NCBI RefSeq assembly: GCF_018350175.1
Contig: NC_058369.1
Span: 17,114,001-17,178,000, forward strand
DNA length: 64,000 nucleotides
From: Felis catus
Lineage: Eukaryota
Reading direction: 5' to 3'
Part shown: positions 26,891-38,792 of the stretch, one piece after another
Layout of the letters: each line of letters opens with the position of its first letter
How positions within the stretch are numbered: position 1 is the stretch's first letter
Translations under genes and position numbers: made by a program
The notes under the pieces: model-generated
What the model saw: the letters and a program-made list of their open reading frames with translations, nothing else
What the model was told of the DNA's origin: nothing
The model's database searches: none

Positions 26891-27535
26891 GGGGCACCTA
26901 GCTTGTTCAGTCGGTACAGCATGTGACTCTTCATCTCAGGGTCATCAGTTCAAGCCCCACATTGGTTATTAGAGCACACTCACAAAAAAAAAAAAAAATC
27001 ATATTAAAATGAAGCCATTACTAAAGATTTTATTTTTAAGTAATCTCTATGCCCAACATGGGGATCGAACTTACAACCCCGAGATCAAGAGTTGCAGGCT
27101 CTACCGACTGGGCCAACCAGGCACCCCTAGTGTTTCAAAATCATGTAATGAATGCCAATATTTTATAATTATTAAATATTTAACTATTTGCCCATCTGAA
27201 TCATAACTGATTCTAAATGAATTAAGTCTAAGCTTAGAAAATTTTACACCCCCAAGTTACAACACAACTTAGTTTCCATCCCTAAACTGCTTTAAAGAAC
27301 ACATTCCAGGGGAGCCTGAGTGGCTCAGTCAGTTAAGCGTCCGACTCTTGGTTTTAGCTCAAGTTATCATACATAACGGTTCATGGGTTCAAGCCCCGAT
27401 TCAGACTCTGACAGTGTGGAACCTGCTTGGGATTCTCACTCACTCCCTCGCTCTCTGACCCGCCCCTACTCGCATGCACAAAGTCTGTCTCTGTCTCTCT
27501 CTCAATAAATAAATAAACTTAAGAAAGAAAAAAAA
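26891..27535. mobile_element. SINECs 26891-26998(+), 27025-27127(-), 27308-27535(+)
   Basis: SINEC motifs; TSD aaagaacacattcca. Confidence 0.85.
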
Positions 27536-27690
27536 GAACACATTCCAAAGTTAAAATCACTTTCCATCTTCCTTCATCCATCTGACAATGATTAGTGACA
27601 AGAGGGACTTGGGCAGAAAGGCATAAGATAACTTCAAGAAGTTCTCCCACACCTAAGTATCTTATTCACAGGTATACATGGCCCACTCAC

Positions 27691-27812
27691 CAGTTATAAT
27701 CAAACCATGATGCATAACTAGGAATAATAATGTGATTGGTCTGCTCTGTCACATTATCTTCTCCTGGGTCAAGTGAACGACTCTGATCACCTTTGCTAGG
27801 ATCTTCGTCTTC
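27691..27812 (-). CDS. SMARCC1: SMARCC1 exon 14 ([40 protein letters not shown]), SWIRM start
   Basis: ttctatAG acceptor, TG|GTGAGT donor, 122 nt. Confidence 0.97.
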
Positions 27813-28326
27813 CTATAGAAAAGAAGCCAGAGTTGAGAGAAACAGAGAACTACAGAGAGATATGTAACAGCTTTCAAACTTCTGATATTAGGGCATAAAA
27901 TGAGGCCAGTTGATCCAATTTCAAGGATTAGAAAAACAAATTTCAAATAAAAACAACCCTTCACAGTTTTAAGGTACCTTCACAAGATTCCCAGATGACA
28001 CAGCAGATTTTATTCCTTGCTTTTACAGATGAGGGAATCAACTCAGAGAAGACTCAAAACTTTTCTCACAATAGCTTGCTTCTTGCTTGTCCAGTTTTAT
28101 CTAATCCTGGGGTCACATATCTAGCTCTCAAGTGATTTATAAGGAGGTGACTCAAAGACCCTAATGAGGCATAATGACAAGCTTTCCCCTATCCCAAAGA
28201 TTCATCAGTAAGTATCTGCTACCAGCTACATGCACCTTATTCATTCCTCACAGTAACAGCAGCGATTACTACTACTTTTGTGGGTGAGAAAATGATGCAC
28301 AGAGCTATTAAGTTATAAACAGGGTA

Positions 28327-28555
28327 GGGGTGCCTGAGTGGCTCAGTCGGTTGAGCATCCGACTTCGGCTCAGGTCATGATCTCACGGTTCGTGAGTTCA
28401 AGCCCCACATCGGGCTCTGTGCTGACAGCTCGGGGCCTGGAGCCTGCTTCGGATTCTGTGTCTCCCTCTCTCTCTGCTGCTCCCCTGCTCACACTCTGTC
28501 TCTCTCTCAAAAATAAGTAAAGATAAAAAAAAAATAAATTAAAAAAATAAATAAA
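28327..28555 (+). mobile_element. SINEC inserted in a MIR remnant
   Basis: TSD ataaacagggtagg. Confidence 0.9.
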
Positions 28556-29557
28556 CAGGGTAGGTAGAATTCCAGAAATCCCGGATAGAGGGCCTACACT
28601 CTTAATCATTTTCACTAATAAAAGTCAGCTCTGATTTTTATCCAGTTTAAAGAGGTTTTAACTAATGATTCCACCTGAAAACCTGGCCTGGCTAATACAA
28701 TAATTTAAAAATCACTGCTGTGGGTCAAAACACAGGAACATTTCTTATGCTTCCAATAAAAAATAGTAATAATTACTTCTAAATAATATCATGTAATACA
28801 AAGTTTGTATTCAAATGGTTCCAATTAACCCAAAAATGCCCTTTATACATTTTTGTCCCCAAATCAGAACCTAATCAAGAAATCCGTATTAAGTGACATT
28901 TGCATCTCTTCAGTTACCTTTAATCCCTGCCTCCCTCTGGGGGTGTATTTAATGAAATTCAAAGGTTTTAAAACTCCAGACCACACGACTTGTACAATGT
29001 TTAACAATTTCTATTTATCTTATTGATTCTTCATAATTAACTTGCAATTAAACATTTTTATCACAAATATTACAGGAAGTAAGTTTTTTGACACTCAGAT
29101 GTTTTCCAATTTTGTACAGTTAAATCTACAACCTTTCATCTGTGTTTTTACTGTTTTTATTCTTATGAAATTCTTTCCTATTAAAAACCAGTTCTACACT
29201 TTAATTTCTATCTTTAACTTCATTCAGTGTAAATATCTGTGTGGCATTATTTGAAGTGAGGATCTAGTATTACTGCCTAGAAACTTAAGACAGTAATTTC
29301 CTTAAGATCAATGAGTATAGAAAAAAGGTAATGTTTGAAAGCCCCAAGGAACTCTGGTTGTTACTTAAATGATGGTGAAACAAGTATGCTAATATTGATG
29401 ACAAAAGTAAAAAATGTTATTTCCCAAATCAGGGGAGCTAGTAAAAAATATGCACATGGTTAAAGTGGTTTTGAAATGAAGGTTTCACAAACTCAATTAG
29501 AACACAAAATATATCCTTTATTCAGGAGAGAATGGCACTGCAATTAATAAAGGCCAA

Positions 29558-29952
29558 GAGGGTGCACCGGGGTGGCTCAGTCAGTTAAGCCTCCGACTTG
29601 GGCTCAGGTCATGATCTCACCATTCATGAGTTCAAGCCCAGTGTCAGGCTCTGTGCTGACAGCTCGGAGCCTGGAGCCTGGAGCCTGCTTCAGATTCTGC
29701 CCCTCTCTCTCTCTGCCCCTCCCCTGGGTGGCTCAGTCGGTTAAGCGTCCAACTTCAGCTCATAATCTCACAGCTCGTGGGTTCAAGCCCCGCACTGGGC
29801 TCTGTGCTGAGTGCTCAGACCCTGCTTTGGATCTGTGCCTGCTTCGGATTCTGTGTCCCCTTCTCTTTCTGCACCTCCCCCGCTCATGCTCTGTCTCTCA
29901 AAGGTGAATAAAGATTTAAAAAAAAACTTTTTTCTTGATAAAAAAATAAATA
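29558..29952 (+). mobile_element. Dimeric/chimeric SINEC
   Basis: Two SINEC heads joined at 29723; single TSD aataaaggccaa. Confidence 0.85.
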
Positions 29953-30839
29953 AATAAAGGCCAACAGTCTATGGTTTAATTATCTGAGTAAGGAAACGCA
30001 CGGCATGGCATTGTGGGACGAGGTGTTACAGTAAATACGTCTAACAAGTTTTGGGTTCAGTTATACAGCAGACTTAGCCTTGGTTTCAAAATGTCCCCTG
30101 CCCCTGGCATAAACAAAATCTCCTATGCCCAATTGTTTGGCTTTTTATTTGGGTCTCTTTCACTACCACATAAGAATATTTACACAAAATGATGACATAT
30201 TTTTATAAATGTAACATTTGTTAATGATTTTAAGTAGTTGGTTAACTGAAGAAGTCTGATTTAAAAAAGAAAATCATAGAGGTGCCTGGCTAGCTCAGTC
30301 AGTGTAACATGCAACTCTTGATGTCAGGGTTATGAGTTCAAGGCCCACACTGGATAAGGGATAACTTAAAATTAAAATCTTAAAAAAAAAAAAATTAAAA
30401 TCATAAGGACAATTCAGATGAAGAGCCTTACATAGAGGAGTTTCTTGAAATACTTTTCAGGGCAATCCTGTCATAAATACGTTCATTCCTTGAATGTATA
30501 AAAACAATAAATGTCAATTTGGGGGATTTCTCTGACTCAATGAAAAAGAACTATCCATTTTCAGCAAAGGAAGAAAGTTATTTCAGAGAGATTAGGGATT
30601 AGTTACACTTATTAATAACACAAACGACAGTTTGAATGAACAATGGGCCATCTACTAAAAAGAAAAGTAAAATCCTGCCTTAAATCCAACACCTTTCAAC
30701 AGCATAATTATTGATATATCTCCACCGTAGAACTGATCAAACAGGAAGCAGGTGACTGTAATGGCTCAAAAAGGTTAAGAGCATGATCAAAAGCTGTACT
30801 GGCTGTGGACTGAAATTGTACTGATATAAATGGAAGGGA

Positions 30840-30930
30840 GAAAATCAAGGCAAGGTATGGTCCCTGCTCACCTGTACCATCGGATAACACCTGGAACACT
30901 GCATTCAGCTCTGATTACCACCTTGCAACC
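30840..30930 (+). mobile_element. Possible CR1/L3 fragment
   Basis: cacctggaacactgcattcagctctg resembles the CR1 catctggagtattgtgttcagttctg motif. Confidence 0.35.
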
Positions 30931-31171
30931 AGAGCTATAATGGAATCGGAAATTAGCATAGGAGAGACACTACATGAGAAGATAGAAATTTCCTTTTGAA
31001 AAATCTTAGGAGTCGAGAAAGACAAATTATTTCAGAGATGGGTTGAAAACAAAAAATTAGAAGGGCCTCAAAATTGAGTATTTCTAAGGCACTTTCAATC
31101 AGTGTTTCTACTGCTCCATACATTGAACCCTTAGATAGCTACTTTCGTACCAGGCGTAATTAAATTGTTAC

Positions 31172-31209
31172 CTTTCCTCCTGTTGTGACTGTTTCTTCAT
31201 CCTGCTCAT
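31172..31209 (-). CDS. SMARCC1: SMARCC1 exon 13 (DEQDEETVTTGGK)
   Basis: attttgcAG acceptor, AAG|GTAACA donor, 38 nt. Confidence 0.94.
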
Positions 31210-31789
31210 CTGCAAAATCAAAATATACAATTATGTAAAAATCAGGTATATATGCTCTTTGGATTACTTGGAAACTTCAAGATAATTTTTAAAACTTTAT
31301 ATAATTATTACTAGAGAGGGAAAAGGAAAGAAATAAAACATTATTAAAGCAAACCCACCTCTAATAATTCAGTAAAGTGGTACTGTACACAGAAGCACAA
31401 AGATGAATAGAGCTTCAAGCATTAAATAATTAAAAATTTCCAACAACAGGGAACTTATAATTAATTACTGCTTAGGCTACTAATCTCAGTTATGATCTTG
31501 CTAATAAAAGGTAAGGGACTTGATTAGGACTCTAGCCACTTGAGATTTAATGAAACAAAGTAATGACATTTTGGATCTCAGAGGAAATGAGTTAAGAAAT
31601 GAGGAGTAAAGAAATGAGGTGAGAATCAATCACTACAAAGTCCTGGTAAGATTGTTAATACCTTCTGAGGATAGAAGACTCCAAAACCTAAATGTCGGCC
31701 TTGCAAAAGAACAGGAATAAACCCAAGTATAATTTAAACCAGGCAGCTGATTTCCACAGCAAAAAGTAAAAGTGCCAGTGTGGACATCT

Positions 31790-31917
31790 GTTTATATATT
31801 AACTATTGCTGCGTTTACATGACAATGGCAAAGTTGATTAACTGTGACAGAGACCATATAGCCCATACTGTATAAAATACTAGCTGGCCCTTTCCAGATA
31901 AGGATGCCAACATCTAC
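31790..31917. mobile_element. MER58-like hAT MITE fragment
   Basis: gtgacagagaccatatagccc...ctggccctttccaga. Confidence 0.7.
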
Positions 31918-31944
31918 ATTAGAGAATATAAAAATATCAGTAAT

Positions 31945-32380
31945 AGATGAACAGTTAGTACTCAAACGTTCAATCATATTCTATAGAATGCCTCTACTAT
32001 GTGTCCAAATGCTAAGAACACAATGAAAAACAAGAAAAGGTCCCTGTCTTCATTGAGTTTACACCCCAGTTGGGAGTGGCAGACTAGAGAGAAAATACAC
32101 AAAAAGATTTCAGATGATGAAAGCTGGTATACAGAGAAAAACAAATTAATATATTTTAGAGAGGGATTGGGTGGGTGAACCCTTCTAAATAAAGAGGGAA
32201 GCGTCTCTGAAAAGGTAACATTTTAGCTGAAACATAAGGGAAGGACAAAAGCATTCCAGGGACAGGAAGCAGCCTGATCAAAGAGCCTCAGGTGGGGGCG
32301 AACCTGACACCTTCACAAATCTGAAAGGTCACTATGAGCTTTGAAGGCTGGGAGAAATGAGCACAAGAGCAGAGTGCAGT
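31945..32380 (-). mobile_element. L2 3' end fragment
   Basis: gcctctactatgtgtcc...gtccctgtcttcattgagtttaca...gcattccagggacagg. Confidence 0.65.
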
Positions 32381-32505
32381 GACACAAAGCACTGGCACTA
32401 AAGTTAGACCTAGACCGGAGTCTGTGCTCTGCCGCTTAATAGCTTTATGTTTGGAAACATTACCGAACCCCTCTAGGCTCATTTCCTCATTAATAACACA
32501 GGACT

Positions 32506-34580
32506 GGGGCACTTGGGTGACTCAGTCAGTTAAGCATCGAACTTCAGCTCAGGTCATGATCTCATTGCCTGGGACTTTGAGCTCCGTATCGGGCTCTGTG
32601 CCGATAGCTCAGAGCCTGGAGCGTGCTTCAGATTCTGTGTCTCCCTCTCTCTCTGCCCCTCCCCTACTCAAGCTCTGTCGGTCTCTCTCTCTCTCTCAAA
32701 AATAAACAAACATTAAAAAATTATTTCTTTAAAAAAACATAACACAAGACTAACATGGTTTTACAATGAAATGTGAACATATGTAGAATGATACCTGGCA
32801 GGTACTTAGGCAAAACAGAGATGGGCACTGTTGTTTGATTTCTAAGTTAGACAAACAACTGCTAGCAGGAATAGGAGATTCACCATGTGGTAAATAACTT
32901 ACGGTCACCCAGTTCTGCACAGGGACTACTTTTTTTCTAGGAAGTGACTAACAGTTCTAAATAAAGTTGTCAAAATGAATTTTTTGTTCTTTGGATCTTG
33001 GTAAACCCCATGATAACCAAATTTTCACTAGATGGTGGTAACACAACTTAATGATCTCTCTCTGGTCAAAACACACCATTTAAATTTAGTTTGACAGGGG
33101 CGCCTGGGTGGCTCAGTCGGTTAAGCTTCCAACTTCAGCTCAGGTCATGAGCTCACAGTTCATGGGATCAAGCCCTGCTCTGTGCTGATAGCTCAGAGCC
33201 TGGAGCCTGCTTTGAATTCTGTGTCTCCCTCTCTCTCTCCCCCTCCCCTGCTCAAGCGCTCGTTCTCACTTGTGTGCTCTCAAAAATAATAAACATTAAA
33301 TACAAAATTTTAAATAAATAAAATAAAAATATATTTAGTTTAACAGATTTCTGTCCCAGAGGTAGTCTTGGTACCCAAAGGAAATTCACTTCTGCTAATA
33401 CTAAAGTAGGAGGGCCACCTGCTTATGGATTCCTAAACAGTACTCATAAATGTTCTCTTCCTCCTTCTAGATGTGGACAATCACACTCTCACCTCAGCCC
33501 CTGGAATCTGGACCTTTCAGTGGTCTCAAGGAAGGAAGGAAAGAAGGAAGGAAGGAAGGGAGGGAGGGAGGGAGGAAGGGAGGAAGGAAGGGAGCAAGGG
33601 AGGGAGGGAGGGAGGAAGGGAGGGAGGGAGGGAGGGAAGAAGGATTGGGGATATTTAGCTAGGTGACATGTAAGGCAGAAAATGGACCAGTTAAAACAAT
33701 AAACAACTCTGTGAAGAGGAATTCCCAGTTGATGAATCAGTTACCCTTGGCACATGGTTCAGGTTATATCTAATGCAGAAAGCCAGATGATTAAGTGATA
33801 CGTGGAAAAGCCTGTTGGTTCCTAGATGAGAGGCCAGGACAACAATTTAAAATTCCACAGACTCTAGCTCTCCAGCTGCGATGAGCAGCATCTTCAGCCA
33901 TAACACCCCTGCTGTTTAGACCTCAAGCCATTCACAAACACAAAGAGCTCTTATACCCAGCACTGAAAGTTTTAGATCCAATTGAAACTTCTATCCAGTT
34001 CTTAAAACTGGCTTCGATTTGACTACTTTGATAAAGTCCATTAAAAAAACACTCTCAGGGCGCCTGGGTGGCTCAGTCGGTTAAGCGTCCGACTTCGGCT
34101 CAGGTCATGATCTCACAGTCTGTGAGTTTGAGCCCCGCATCAGGCTCTGTGCTGACAGCTCAGAGCCTGGAGCCTGCTTCGGATTCTGTGTCTCCCTCTC
34201 ACTCTGACCCTCCCCTATTCATGCTCTGTCTCTCTCTGTCTCAAAAATAAATAAACATTAAAAAAAACTTAAAAAAAAAAAAAAGAAACACTCTCATAGT
34301 AGCTCCCATTTTTAAAAGGACAATTGTCTACACTCATAAAACTACAGATTGATTCCTTTTTAGGATATATAATTAAAAAACAGAAACTATCAGGGCGCCT
34401 GGATGGCCCAGTGGGTTGAGCATCCAAGCCTTGATTTCGGCTAGTTATGGTCCCAGGGTCATGGGGTCAAGGTAAGCGTGGGCTTGTGCTAAGCATGGAG
34501 CCTGCTTAATATTCTTGTGTACTATCTCTCCCTCCCTTCCTCTCCCAAGCTCTCTAAAATAAAGGTAAAATAAAATAAAA
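32506..34580 (+). mobile_element. SINECs 32506-32738, 33097-33330, 34058-34283, 34393-34580
   Basis: SINEC motifs; TSDs such as aaacactctca and agaaactat. Confidence 0.88.
33528..33643 (+). repeat. (GAAG)n/(GAGG)n compound polypurine repeat
   Basis: Direct reading; about 115 nt almost pure purine. Confidence 0.92.
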
Positions 34581-35791
34581 TGGGTAATTAACAAAAAAAA
34601 ATAGAAACTATAATTCTATTTAACAAACTGTCCCAGTAAAGAGTATCCAGTCTTAACAATCATTTACTCTGTCACATTACAGAAAACATTAAAAGTCTAT
34701 GTATAGCTAGTTTTGTTTTCTTGGCCTTTGATTCAGTGGACAAGTACCAGTTGTGGAATAGACAAGCTTATAGAAAATGGAAATTATTAATAGTTATTAA
34801 TATTCTATTAAGAATGTTAAAAGACAATTAAGATAGAAATGTTTTGACAGCATTTGTTTCATTTATTTTGTTGACCTAACACCAACTTTACATAAACTGT
34901 CATCAAGATAATTTTCTATTTCTACTTCTGACATCAAAATTGGACCTGATGTTCAATGATAGGCTTTAAGCCAGAAAAGGATGATATAGTGAAATGAAGT
35001 AAAAACAAACAAACAAACAAACAAAAAAAAAAACCCCTCACTACCTACTAGCTGCCATCCAGAATCTCTATAATTTATTTGAAATACAGAATTCACTTAG
35101 TGAAAAGATAAAGAAACTGAAGTTTCATTTTCCACATAAGGAGACCTCAAAAACCCCTTTCAGGTGTAAAATTCCCTAAAGTCAAAAATTCAGTATAAAT
35201 TTATAAATATATAAATTATATAAATCCTGAAAACACTAGGTTCTCCCTTAATTTTTACAAGTGAACAGAGAAACTGAGATCCATATACAATTCTCAAAAA
35301 CAAAGACGTTTACAACCACCTCTACTTTTTTTAAGTGGAACAAGTGACTACGTTCCTCTCTCCCACCCTCCAGCACATCCAAGGACCATGATGTCCTCAT
35401 AAAAATGTACTCTATAATTTGTAAATACTACTATGAATGGATGATAGGATTCTCATTTTATACTATTTAGCCAACTAGAAGAAATACTTTAGGAAATAGA
35501 AGTATTTAAGAGTCAACAGACTTTAAAAAAAAAAAAAGGCAACAGACTTTTGCTCTAAAGATGCAAAAATCAAATCAGTAAAGAGTAGAAAAAAATGATC
35601 ACAGGAATTTAAATTTCCTAATATGGCAGCAAACCAAACTAACAGTGGTGCTAGGGTGACCGTGGTCACTGTCTGCGCTGGAAAGCATAGCAACTGGAAG
35701 CAACATCTCTCAGGAAAGGAAGAATCATTAGAGGAGCTGAATCAATAAGAGAGACAACAACACAGAAGTGTACAGATTGTTTGGTTTTTAC

Positions 35792-35851
35792 CTAGATCTG
35801 CCACAGTTCCTCCTTTAACAGGTGTATTTTCACTATCTTTCTTTGGGTTCA
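35792..35851 (-). CDS. SMARCC1: SMARCC1 exon 12 (VNPKKDSENTPVKGGTVADL)
   Basis: tctttctAG acceptor, G|GTAAAA donor, 60 nt. Confidence 0.96.
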
Positions 35852-36271
35852 CTAGAAAGAAAAAAAAGAGTCATGATTTAGAGGGAAAGTTCTACTTTTT
35901 TAAAAGAAGAAAAAATAATAGATGATTAAAAAGTACATGAATCTCATTGCAAACCACCACCATCCAGTGTTCACCTTCATGAAAAACTGTAAATCTGATG
36001 AAAAAAATACTAACACTTAATATAAGACTGCCATTTTGCAATTAATTACCCAAGCATCAATTTTTTCATGATAAAAGTACACAATACACAAATATAGAGA
36101 GCAAAACCTGAAAAGAACCTTTCAATCCCTTCCCCCAAAGTATTTTTTATTACATTTTCTGTGTGTTTGTGGATTCCCATTTTTGTGCCATTCATTTAGG
36201 TAAATAAACTCAGGGAGAACTGATACCTATTATATATCTCTGTAAACTTCAAAACCTGTATGAGGGGTTTA

Positions 36272-36968
36272 GAGGCTCCTGAGTGGCTTGGTCAATTAAA
36301 CATCTGACTTCTGGTTTCGGCTCAGGTCACGATCTCACAGTCACAGGATCAAGCCCTATGTCCCACTCCATGCTGAGCGTGGAGCCTGTTTGAGCTTCTC
36401 TCCCTCACTCTTTGACCCTTCCTGTTCATATTTTCTTTCTCTCAAGGTAAATAAATAAACCTAAAAAAACCCACAAAACCTGTATGAGGGGTTTAAATCT
36501 TACAGCTCTGTGATCCATACTGTGCTTCTTCCTTAGCATTCTACCCATGTCATTCAACTGTGTGCCTATATTACCATTCCATGTTAAGTGTTTTTAGTTA
36601 CATTTATAGTTAAATTATATACAACTATTTCATTTAAATGAAATGAATCCACTGTGTCCATGGATGGGTCATACATAAGGTAACCAGCCCTATATTGATG
36701 GCAACTGTTGTTTATTTTCAATTTTTCACTATAACATAATCCATATCCTCTTACATTCATCTTTTTTTTTTTTTTTTTTTTTGAGAGAGAGACAGAGTAT
36801 GAGCGGGGGAGGAGCAGAGAGAGAGAGAGGGAGGGAGACACAAAATCTGAAGCAGGCTCCAGGCTCTGAGCTGTCAGCACAGAGATCAATGCGGGACTTG
36901 AACTCACAAGCTGTGAGATCATGACCTGAGCCAAAGTCAGATGCCCAACTGAGCCACCCAGGTGCCCC
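36272..36968. mobile_element. SINECs 36272-36468(+) and 36762-36968(-)
   Basis: TSDs caaaacctgtatgaggggttta and tcttacattcatct. Confidence 0.88.
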
Positions 36969-37304
36969 ATCTTACATTCATCTCTAACCGTGCCTATAAT
37001 TACTTAAAATGGGCTCTGAAATTAAAACTGCTACTGCACATACACATTAAAATTGAACAAATAAATTGTGTTAAGTGGCTTCATTAATTTATACTTCTAC
37101 CAACAGCATCTGAAAATACCCACTTTCTCAAAACATCAGTACTCTGTGAATCATCCATTTTCTAAGTCTGGAAAATCTAATAGATGAAAAGTGTTACTTT
37201 AATAATTTATAATATCCTTGATTAAGAGAGGTTGAGCATCTTTCCACACATTTAATGGCCCTGAAATTTGATAAAATTACCAGTACATAAATACTTTGCC
37301 CTTA

Positions 37305-37880
37305 AATACAAATCAAAAACACATTGAGATACCACCTCACACCGGTGAGAGTGGCTAACATTAACAACTCAGGCAACAAGAGATGTAGGCTAGGACGTGG
37401 AGAAAGAGGAATCCTTTTGCACTGTTGGTGGGAATGCAAACTGGTGCAGCCACTCTGGAAAACAGTGTAGAGGTTCCTCAAAAAGTTAAAAATAGAACTA
37501 CCCTACAACACAGCAATTGCACTATTAGGTATTTATCCAAAGGATATGGGTGTTGATTGAAAGGGGTACATGCACCCCAATGTTTTTTGCCAGTGCTATT
37601 GACAACAGCCGAAGTATGGAAAGAGACAAAATGTCCATCGACTGATAAATGAACAAGATGTGGTGTAGGGGCGCCTGGGTGGATCAGTTAAGCGTCTGAC
37701 TTCAGCTCAGATCTGATCTCACCATTCTTGAGTTCAAGCCCTGTGTCGGGCTTTGTGCTGACAGCTCAGAGCCTGAAGACCACTTCAGATTCTGTGTCTC
37801 CCTCTCTCTCTGACCAACCCCCACTTGCATTCTATGTCTCTTTCTCAAAAATAAACATTTAAAAAATTAAAAAAAAGACA

Positions 37881-37934
<54 letters not shown>

Positions 37935-38337
37935 GAATATTACTAGGAGATCAAAAAGAACGAAATCTTATCGTTTGCAACAACATGGATAGAACTAGAG
38001 TATACTAAGCTAAGCAGAATATGTCAGAGAAAAATATATGATTTCAGTCATATATAGAATTTAAGAAACAAAACAGATGAACCTAGGGGAAAGGAAGCAA
38101 AAATAAGATAAAAACAGAGAGGTAGACTCTTAAATACAAAGAAAAAACAGGGCTGCTGGCAGGGTGTTGGGTGGGGGTATGGCCTAAATTGGTGATGGGC
38201 ATTAAAGAGGGCACTTGTTAGGATGAGCAGTGGATATTCTATGTCAGTGATAAATCTCTAAATTCTATTCCTGAAATCATTAACACTATATGTTAACTAA
38301 TTTGGGATTTAAATTTTAAAAATAAATAAATAATAAA
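37305..38337 (+). mobile_element. Carnivore L1 3' end (ORF2 C-terminus + 3' UTR + A-rich tail), interrupted by SINEC 37667-37876 and (CA)n
   Basis: gagataccacctcacaccggt, tgcactgttggtgggaatgcaaactggtgcagccactctggaaaacagt, tatatgttaactaa, aataaa tail. Confidence 0.9.
37888..37931 (+). repeat. (CA)22 microsatellite
   Basis: Direct reading. Confidence 0.95.
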
Positions 38338-38792
38338 GTAGGTCTTCCAGTGGGGAGGTGAGGAATACAAATTTAGGGTTCGAATCCTTTGTTAAATGAC
38401 TAATGAATACTTCATCTAAGGCTAACACTAGCATTAAGTACATCAATATTTGGAAGTTTACTTAAATAATTTTGTTTTTAAATTTGGAACTTGAATCCAC
38501 CTGAAGCTTAAATTCTTATTTATGACACAAAAAAGAATACAAAATTTTTCCAGATGTATTTATGCAACCGTTTGGTCTTTTCCCACAAACTGGCACTGCG
38601 AAAGTCACAGTAAATTAAATTTATAAACAAATATGGATCTACAGTTGAACCAACCATTCTACTCCACTAAGGGATTCAGCCATTCCTGTGTCGAAATCAT
38701 ACACTATTCATTATTACAGGTTTATAGTTTAGACAGTTATCTATTAAGACTACCACCACCTTCTTAGTTTTTTTATTTAAAATAAATATTTC

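Noticed and set aside
37305..38337. Potentially active L1
   Set aside because: Only about 1 kb of 3' end, interrupted by a SINE, with no intact ORF
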